DNA from: Basidiobolus meristosporus CBS 931.73
Lineage: Eukaryota > Fungi > Basidiobolomycota
DNA length: 64,000 bases
Assembly (NCBI GenBank): GCA_002104905.1
Contig: MCFE01000016.1
Coordinates: 62,001-126,000 of the forward strand
Direction of reading: 5' to 3'
Shown here: positions 55,083 to 64,000 of the stretch, piece by piece
Layout of the letters: every line of letters begins with the position of its first letter
Position numbering within the stretch: the first letter of the stretch is position 1
Made by a program: the position numbers and the translations under genes
Notes under the pieces: generated by a model
What the model was told of the DNA's origin: nothing
Database searches by the model: none
What the model saw: only the letters and a program-made list of their open reading frames with translations

Positions 55083-55538
55083 ATGCTTTCCAGCGCCTTT
55101 CTCCGTTTGAAATGTATACCTTCTGGTGTAACACGCACCCGTAGGTTTGCTTCCTCGGTCTCTACTGCACCCATATACTGGGAGACGAAATTGGATGATG
55201 GCAGTACCTTTGTCAGCCGCATTCCCAAACAACCCATTGTTCCGAAACCGGAGGACCTACCACCAACCTTGAAGCCAGTTCAGCCCAAAAAGTATCACCT
55301 GACCGAAGCGGACAAGCTGAACATCCAGGAACTTAGAAATGCAAACCCAACCCAATGGACACGCAAACGCTTGGCCGAAAAGTTCGACTGCTCCCCTTTG
55401 TACATATCTTTGGTTGCCCCTTGCCCACCCGAGCGTAAGGCCATACTGGAGTTGGAAAAGGAAAAGAAGTGGAGCCGTATGGGGTACAAGAGACAACAGA
55501 TAACCATTAACAGACAGCGCAGAAGAGAGTTATGGTAG
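55083..55538 (+). CDS. MRPL20: Mitochondrial large ribosomal subunit protein mL58 (MRP-L20 family)
   Basis: Basic presequence, then LPPTL, KKYHLTEADKLNIQELRNANPTQWTRKRLAEKFDCSPLYISLVAP and RQRRRELW. Confidence 0.8.
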   Translation: MLSSAFLRLKCIPSGVTRTRRFASSVSTAPIYWETKLDDGSTFVSRIPKQPIVPKPEDLPPTLKPVQPKKYHLTEADKLNIQELRNANPTQWTRKRLAEKFDCSPLYISLVAPCPPERKAILELEKEKKWSRMGYKRQQITINRQRRRELW

Positions 55539-56005
55539 AAAATTTGATCGCCATTTTTGGTGCTTGCATTTATCCAACGCTTCATAGAACGTAAAGCTGG
55601 CCCTCATTGATTCTACGTTACATACTTCGCATCTGATAGCAATTATGTCCCTCCATGTTCAATTTCATACATCTCTCCAAGCATCATACACAACACACCA
55701 AATAAACAGCATATAGAACACGTCGGTTTGGGTGAGATTCAACATGTGCCCAGGGAAGCTAGACATCTTTTGAGTCGAGATGAGACGAACGCGAGGGTTT
55801 GAAAATCGATACTGTATTTTCTAGGAAACATTTTGGGATTGGGTTGTTTTTCAATTGATGGAGAAAGACGCGATAAAATGTACAACAAAATCTCGATTGA
55901 TCGCAGTAGTAAAGATGGGGAATATGGGGTTGGAAACGATGACTGCTTTTGAAAGCTGAAGAATATAACAATCGAATGAATTCTTGGGTTTACGGAGCTT
56001 CGAGA

Positions 56006-59000
56006 TTATGGATGAAGCTCGGAAGAGCGGAAGTGGCCAAGTGCAGTTTTGACTCTATCGCGTACGTCCAAATCTATATCATCTATTAACGCGCTAAGCA
56101 TACTCTCGAACCCGAGGTTTTGCAATTTGCGAATGCGTTCTGTGTATCCTATTCAATAGAGATTTGATTGGTATGTCGCGGTTTAGGGCCCTGGCAGATG
56201 GAGTTGGATACATACCGCCATGTCGTTCTTCAGTCCAAGTCAGATTTATAATACACCATATTGTCGCAACACGAATAGATGCTTTGGAATGAGTCTGAAT
56301 AGAGCTAAGTTTAGATGGTATATACGCGATCCATTCAAGAATGGAAATTACCATGTATTCTGAAATGAAGTGAAGGATGGTATCACTGTTGACAATGGCC
56401 ATCTTATGTCTCTCGTTACCGGTGGCAACGTTGACGATGGTATACAAGGTCTAATTATGCCGTTAGGGTTGGTTTTGAACATTAGGTTCAACGAGTAAAT
56501 GTAGATACCTGAAGTATGATGTCTTCATTGTCGGATCTCAGTTTCTCTTCAAACAAGGAAATCAGATTGCTTTCCCCAATCCCTTCAAAGACTTGGTTGA
56601 TGCTCTGTAACGCAATGTGATATCAGATAAAGTTCATGGAGTTAGACGAAATTCAACATTACTGTTTCATGGTCGCAAGCTAAATTTCTTAGCAAATTGA
56701 GTGCTTGCTCTTGGATGCCGCTTTCTGAATCGTTAAGCAACCTATCAGAGTGCGTAAGCAAACATGCTGCGCAACACATGGAATTAGCTGGAACTCACAT
56801 TTGTAGTTTAGGATATGTCAGATGCTTCATGACAGTCTGCTTTATCTCAGGTTCCGCCTGGAACAGCAGATTTTTTAGGGCCCACACAGCGTTGAGTCGC
56901 AGGTTGCTATCCATGGAGCTCACCAAGTGTACAAGTCGCTCGATGCCGCCGTGTTCCAAGACAGTCTAAACTGAACATTAATATAAACTACACCGAACAT
57001 CAAGGATGAAATGGTATGTATTACAGTCTTCATTGGCGAAAACCCAAGGACGATGTTGCACAGAGTAGCAGATGCAGTGGTTTGGACGCTAGTGGATTCA
57101 TCGGAAAGAAGCTGGTGGATGGGTTTAGGTTAGGAAATAGCGTAGCTTCAATACAATTGTAAGACCATACATTAAATAGCGGAATGGCAATCCCTGCATC
57201 TACTAGGCTGGTTCTCAGGTTTTTCACAGACCGCGAAAGACTTCTTGTGCATTGGCAAGCGGCGGCTCTAACACCAACGTTTTTGTGTGACATGGCTGCC
57301 ACAATGTGAGGAAGTGCCTTGGCTTCAATAACCTACATGAATGAAAAAGAATAAGTCATGGTGCTAAATGAGTATTAGCAACACAAGACTAACCTGTGCC
57401 CGGCATTCTTCTTTTAAAGAGCTAATTGCTGCGATAGCCAATAGTGCACTCTGTACGTGATATTGGAGTCAGATTCGTGGGGGGTGTGGATAATCCGATA
57501 GACATAATAGGCTAACCTCTTTGATTCTATCGCAGTGTGCTTGAGCTTCAGGGTTGCTAAGCTCTTCATCAGATTGGCATATTAAGCTGGTCAACTTGAT
57601 TATAGCATCAGCATCGCATGCTGCTTTTTGTAGTTCCTCACTCTCACTGACCAAATAAGCTATAAAATAGAAACCATGAGTATTGTGAGGCACATGGAAT
57701 GCGAGACAGAAAGTGGCCAACCGAGAACAAATGATGCCTTTTCTTGTGATACTCCAGGCTCACTAATAAGTTTGACCACGGTTGGAAGCACAATCAAAAC
57801 AATATCAGATTGATAATCCGGAATTACATTAGATCTACTCAAGTTAATTAGGCTGTGGTGATGAATCATCTAAATTAGTAGAGTTTCGGAACAGTCCGTG
57901 GAGTGCATTTAAAATATTACCATGTTGCCGCGAGTAATTGCATGCTTTTAGATTTGTCACGCACTAATTTTAGCATAGCATTTACTGGTTGATCTTCGTT
58001 TCCCGCTGTCAAGAAGTGTTACAGACCATGAAGCCAACATTAGGTTCTCTTACGATACATACCTCGAATCTCAACTACTGATCTTCCAATTTCTGGGTTC
58101 TCGAGACAAAGTGCCTGAAGAGCATCTAGAGCTGCCTCTTGGATCTGCCAATGAAAAATTAGGGTGTGAGTATGTTTTTGCGGCAATAACATGAACGAGT
58201 GGCAAACCTTTGCATGGCCACAGGTCATCAGGTCCACCAGGAGTGGCAGTGCACCAGCAGAAACAATCTGCAACTGTTGCTCGATGTTTTCACAGCATCT
58301 AGCAATAATAGTGGCAGCTAGTTCAGGAACATGGGTAGCATACGGGCGATTGAAAGGTGCATCTTTGGATGCTTGAGAGAAGCCTCTCAGCAGATTGACT
58401 AGCTCCACGATATGCCCGGTCTACGTTTATCCTGTGTTACTCTATGGTCATAATGTTCGTAATCTGTGGAAAGTACCTCGAATATATGCTGCTTGGGAGC
58501 GCGAGGCGAGTTAAATATGGCCTTCAAAGCTCTGGCTGCAGCTTCGATAAGCTTTGGATCATTTCGGAGAGCAAGACAGTCCAAAAGTGGGGGAATAACG
58601 CCAGCATCTATAAGCTTACATACGTTTTCTTCGTTGCCTGTTGAAATGGAAAGTTAGTTCTGAGTGTTGGGGTTTTCGATTGTTATCGAATGAGATACAA
58701 AGTAAAGATCTTTACCGTATGCCAAGCTGCCAAGAATAACTACAGCCTGAATTTTCGATTGCGGATCCGTCGTACTATCATTTTTCACTATGATGTCAAC
58801 GAGTCTAGAATTCGGTTGTGTAAGTGTGTTTCTAGTAAATATTGTGATGTACCGTAGAAACCAGGTAATACCTTGGAAGAATGTTCAAGTTGATGTAAAG
58901 ATCTTTCTTCGTTCTATTTCCAATGATACTATTTTTGATAAATCGGAGAACCCTCACGCGTTCGGCTTTGTCATTAGTAGACAGCAGGGCGACAGAATAG

Positions 59001-59020
59001 TCGTGCTTGGATTGAGTCAT
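56006..59020 (-). CDS. ARMC8: Armadillo repeat protein ARMC8 / Vid28 (GID/CTLH complex), multi-exon
   Basis: LRFIKNSIIGNRTKK, LIEAAARALKAIF, VRAAACQCTRSLSRSVKNLRTSLVD, IRVATIWCIINLTW, last exon RIRKLQNLGF...DLDVRDRVKTAL. Confidence 0.87.
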
Positions 59021-59404
59021 GACGAACTTTGAAGTACCTCGAGCTAAAATTATAAACAATAAGAAACCCCTAAAGAAGTGGTTTAACTACTGGGTTGAAT
59101 AGGTAGTCTCGAAAGATGAGAAACTATAAATGATAATCCATCATTTCAAAATTCAGTAACTTGCGGCACGTGACGTTCACAACATGAATCTACACAAGGC
59201 CGAATACCATCAGCGTCTCCAATAATCCATATAGAATCTCAAACTTGTGTTCATAACATTTGTTTATTTATCATTTGTCCTGGGCTTGAGAAGTATTCCA
59301 GAGAATATTACATAGAGACCAACAGGATCTTGGCTTACCTCGTTCATTATGATAACAAACTCAGATCCCTTCCTTCTGACAGGTACTTCTAACCGATTTG
59401 AGTC

Positions 59405-60624
59405 ATGTCTACTTCTTCTAATAAGTCATTCAAGGGTTGAGGTTTTTTGAATTGGAACAGAATCAAGCTGTAACAACTCGCTCATTAAAATTAAAAGTCA
59501 AAGCATGTATAACTCTGAGGGATTTTCCAATTGCCCTACTTTCAGGAAAAAGATACAGGGTGTATCCTTTTAAAGATGTTTGGATGATATAGCTCTAGGT
59601 AATTGTATTGTATCTTCCTTAACAGCTATAGGTATCCTTCTACAGAACACGAGTCAACGCTGAATTTTATCAAAAAAGTATTTTCAGCCGGGAACGGCGG
59701 AATTCTGACCTCTGTTATGGATGACAATACGGAGAATGTAGACCCCTTTTCAAATAATTCGAAAGGTCAGTACTTGATATTAGTGAAGCGAATCCTTTAT
59801 TAACACCCCATAAGATCCATTTCGAAAAGGGCCAAACAACCTCTATGATTGCCATTTAGTATTGTATAGCCAGAGCCAGAGTTCGGGAAAAACGGCGATA
59901 TTTGGCACTGTTCTAAACGATCCATCTACCTTCCAAAATATCTATTGCCCTATAATACGGTCACGTACTATTCAGTTCGATAAGAAAAGTACATCTATTG
60001 CGCAAAAAGACAATCCAATATTTAACATGATACCTTCGCTAAGCTCCGAAGATTTCACGGTATCTTCCCCCGGCAAACCGATATTACCCGAGGAAGATTA
60101 CATCAAACGAATAGGCCATGATAAGCCGAACACAGCAGTGAAACTTCCAGCAATCATGAAAATGAATAATTTGCGACGACATCGCTCGTTAGGGCCACCG
60201 AGAAAACAGGTAAATATCCAAGCCTTATATTCATTAAATGCATCACACTCTAAGAGAGACCAGCAGAAGCCACGGATAGAACCGCCGGTATTCTATGAGG
60301 TGGACAATAAAAAGGTAAGCCCTTGCATATCCAACAAAGACCCAGCAACACTATTTCAGCTTGCTTCAGGAGCTTAAAAGAATCGCTGTCAATGCCCTTC
60401 AGAAAATTGGTATTCTTCGTGGACATCCCGACTTCACTGCTTATTGGAGCCAACTATACAAAAGTTGCCAGTTCGCGCTCGTAAGTGAATTTAACGTGAC
60501 ATTTCCATGGCAAACGCTAAAACAGAATCATCAGAGAAAAGATATCAAGACACGTCACATTACGAATGAAGAAATGCAGAACACGGTAGAAGAGCACGTC
60601 GAGTTCTACCGTAGACAGATGTAA
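59405..60624 (+). CDS. Protein with a C-terminal MTBP/Sld7-type domain (5' exons uncertain)
   Basis: The spliced C-terminus NKKELKRIAVNALQKIGILRGHPDFTAYWSQLYKSCQFAL|RKDIKTRHITNEEMQNTVEEHV resembles recalled MTBP_C and Sld7_C. Internal exons are supported by ORFs 59603-59803 and 59862-60377. The start was not resolved. Confidence 0.6.
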
Positions 60625-61269
60625 ACATGACCCGTATAACTCCAACTACCGTCAAAACGGTTGTATCATAATCGATGCTTAGATATTCAAATGATGCTAA
60701 TGAGCCGCCTAGATCTCGAGAATACTTGCACTTTTAATTTGATTTGTATCTACGATGTGAGCCGTTTGCATATCGAAAAACGTGACTTATTGAAATGGTT
60801 TAATAAACTATGGATGGCTCTACATCAAGAAACTCTGGGCTGGTAAATGCATAATTGTTTCCAAAGAATTCTCCTGGCAATCACAAAATACTCGTAAGCT
60901 CTGACTCGGAATTTCTACGGAAAATCATTGCTACTCACAGTGTTTGTTACACCGGATTTGTGAACAATTGTAACAATGCAGAGAGGCGAGACCATTTTTG
61001 ACTTAATATATCATCTTCTGGTCTTGCCTTATTGCCACCGAGTGTCTTTATCACCTGAGAGAATGAGGTGGTGATGTATCGCTTCAAAGCTAGCACTGGT
61101 TGAGATGTCCAAATAACCGAAAGGACTGCTGTTATTTATCGTTCATAGAATCGCTAATTCGAATGATTTTATTATGATGAAATCTTGTGGAGTTCACTAA
61201 GGGAATTAAGTGGGTGAATTCAGATGAATATAATGGTTGTTAAGATGAACAGAGGAAGGAAGATGCATC

Positions 61270-61896
61270 TTATTCACCGAAGAGTCTTTGGACACGTTTG
61301 AGTACCGAGTCCTTAGAGGGGTCTAAAGAATCGGTGTGAATCGGAGAGTAACCCACACATTTAGAAATATTACGGGCTTACCATATGGTTGGTCCTTTGA
61401 TGGAATTTCAAGAACAGCTGGGAATGCTTGGTCGTGACTGTCAATAAGCTCTCGAATATCTTCAGCAACCTGTAGCAAATTCATGTTTAGCGTATCAGTT
61501 CCTAGCACGTAAGCTACTGTTACAAGTCTATTTACGTGCTGGTTAATGAGAACAATAGCGATGTCTTTACGACGAGTGTAGTCTAAAAAGGCCTCCTCAA
61601 TTGCTGCGAGAGTAGTTTCTAAGCGGGAAACTGGTGAGCAACTACATTGGCAAATATAAACTGAGCAAGAACTTACTGGCATCTACCACCAAAAAGTTGG
61701 ATTTTTGCCTGGAGTCGATATGACCCACACCAGAAAGAAGTAGACCTGTCACAGTATCCTAATGTGTTATAGACGTTTACGTTTAGGCCAGTGTGGAGGA
61801 AGAAGCAGTATTAGAATGCAAGTGGAGATTACGAACCTCATCACCAATAACAGCAATGAAGTTTCTGTCTTTATATTGGTTATTTGCAGCGGACAT
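61270..61896 (-). CDS. VMA7: V-type ATPase subunit F (multi-exon)
   Basis: FIAVIGDE|[23 protein letters not shown]...[26 protein letters not shown]|[17 protein letters not shown]. Confidence 0.93.
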
Positions 61897-63541
61897 TTTT
61901 GAGAAAGAGCCGAAGAAGTAGAAGCGTTGGAAGGTTTCCTCGAATAACGAGGTGAAAAATACACGGGCAAAGCGAAGATTTTAAGATTAACAGCAATATG
62001 GACCGTTCTAAAATATATTTTGAGGTGCATTCATATTCGCCCTTTTTTAGATTTAATTTCCACACATTTAGCCATGGATCAAGCCCACCAATAGCAGCTC
62101 GATAGCCAAGCAACCAGTGTGTAGCCACAAAATGGAGGTTATAACATCAAAGACTATATTTCAAAACGACCATTAATACAAATAAGGTTTTCCATATTAG
62201 ATTTGGACCACCGTTTATAAACTCAGTCCGATCCGATTGGCTGTAGTGTGGTACGAGAAGAGTTGTTTCCTGAACTCTAGGACCCAAGAATTTCTTGGTC
62301 ATACGAAAAAATGCTTATTTTGTTTATCCATATTCGCTAACCCGAGCAATTACCCAGAAGTTTATTCCTATTGAAGCGATGCTAATCCACCGAACAATCT
62401 TCAAGGCGCTTCTATCCCACGAGCTTCCACAATTTGTGCATTACGTACAAGACCAATCGTGAAAATCCCACATTTTCGGCATGCCTGCGCGTTTTTTTCC
62501 CAGACAGCTGGTGGAGCCTGAGGGTAGATAAAAGTATGGTGGTATTATTTTTTTGAAGTATTACTACCGTAAGCTGTGCAGAGATGTGCTATTCCTAATT
62601 GAATGCCACCTGGTCGTTCGTTTTACTGGTGTATTGCCCAACTGCGATCGCATAACTTCTTGTAAGGCACGGTAGATACCTTGCCACTTTTCCATTCTTT
62701 CATGTTTGAGCTGGATAATGATACTGATAATCTCGATATTATGAATTGGGCTAGAGTGAATGACACTATTATGTATTGAATAAGTTGTGAAAATACATTT
62801 TGGAATTTTACCACATCTATTTCATTAAAACCGTGTGTTCTGAGAATGTTGTATACCCAGGCTTTCTTAAACGATTTAAACTATTTAGTAGTCACGTTTC
62901 TAAAATTCAATCCATGGGTCATCAATTAATAGCCAATTCATCCCCCAAATCTACAATAATCAAATATGGGATATCTGATTCATCATTACAGCATAGCTCT
63001 CTACTCGACCGGATGCCTCTACATTCCATGAATGTATCAAGTTCAGAAGTTTTCAGTTATATAGTCTTGACGGATACGAAAGCGAGAGCAGGGTTCAGTT
63101 GCTGTACTTTTTAGAGCACATGAATTGATTCCCATATGGCGATAATAAAACCTCACAAAATGACTGAAATATTAAAAGTGACAACTTCTGGTCTCATGTT
63201 TAATTGGAGTATATTTGTGGATTTGGGATTGGGCATTTGGCCACATTGCGCGTTTGTTTGAGTCGAGGGAGAGAGTGCAAAAAGAGGAGTAGGAATAGAG
63301 CCTATTCAAGTCAAGGAAACAGAGGGTGGGTTACAAAATTTAGATCTCATTATGGGGGGGGGGGCTGCATTTCCATGCCAAAAAGTCCCAACAGTACCCG
63401 GCAGATGAGGAAATGTTGGCAATCAAAAGGTTTACGGTGAGGGCGGGTGAAGGGACTATGTCCATAGTTACTGACAGTTAGGAGAGAGCGCTGCGAGCAC
63501 GGGTAGATAGAGGAGCAGCAAGTCAAGATGAGGGGGGGGAA

Positions 63542-64000
63542 TCATAAGTGCTTGACCTTGTTGGTGACGTGCTCATACTCCATCAGGTTGGAGTTGATCT
63601 CCTCATATTTGCTGTTCACCAGGATTAGCGTGTGCACCTCCTCCACCTCCACCTCCACCTCCTTCGACACACACTGGGGCCCGAGGATGAAGCGCTCGGT
63701 GCACCAGAGGGCTAGCCTACGTGTGAATGTGGAGGTGAAGGTGAGGGAGGATGTGGACTCGGAGATGGATGCAGAGGGACCGCTCTGAGATTTCTCGTCG
63801 TAGTAGAAGGCGAGGAGATCACGCTTGACAGACTTGACCGCGGTGTGGAGCGCGGGGTCAAGTAGGAAGCACACAAAGTTGACGACCCCTTGGAGTGCGT
63901 TCGAGTACTCCTCCAAGTCGAGGCTGATCTCGATGCCCAGAGTGGGGGCGCACAGGTAAAGAATACGGACGACCATGGTGGGAAAGCCGACGATGAACAT
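63542..64000 (-). CDS. C-terminal part of a second 7TM receptor-like paralog (runs off the window)
   Basis: IVGFPTMVVRIL...EYSNALQGVVNFVCFLLDPALHTAV aligns by eye with LVGLPVFIIRIM...EYSMTLQGAFNAIAFLFDPTLHAAL of 49568-50887. Confidence 0.75.
   Translation of the reverse strand: MFIVGFPTMVVRILYLCAPTLGIEISLDLEEYSNALQGVVNFVCFLLDPALHTAVKSVKRDLLAFYYDEKSQSGPSASISESTSSLTFTSTFTRRLALWCTERFILGPQCVSKEVEVEVEEVHTLILVNSKYEEINSNLMEYEHVTNKVKHL

Overview
Gene-dense, intron-rich eukaryotic DNA of roughly 40% GC with short GT-AG introns. It is clearly fungal and most consistent with an early-diverging, non-Dikarya lineage, possibly Basidiobolus-like (inferred from animal-type LMBR1, orphan 7TM paralogs and a Zn2Cys6 factor; not from a database search). 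About 25 protein-coding genes can be assembled by hand: mitochondrial IF2, LMBR1, AGX1, a secreted GH46 chitosanase, PMR1, DCC1, IES6, prephenate/arogenate dehydratase, two head-to-head sulfotransferase-like paralogs, a MARVEL-like protein, a DEDDh-exonuclease+RRM protein, a subtilisin, a Zn2Cys6 factor, gamma-glutamyltranspeptidase, an R3H/G-patch protein, REV1, two 7TM receptor-like paralogs, SAH1, mL58, ARMC8, an MTBP/Sld7-like protein and VMA7. A gene-free block (about 36.2-41.6 kb) holds three related LTR copies, two of them solo LTRs with TGTTG...CAACA ends and perfect 5-bp target-site duplications. The best leads are the intronless bacterial-type GH46 chitosanase, the plant/Chlorobi-like dehydratase, the ESRP/Nrp1-like protein with an apparently intact nuclease site, the gene-conversion tract between the sulfotransferases, the MTBP/Sld7 bridge and a REV1 lacking its C-terminal domain. 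I found no rRNA, tRNA or CRISPR array. Exon boundaries are manual readings and family assignments come from recalled motifs, so both need profile searches.
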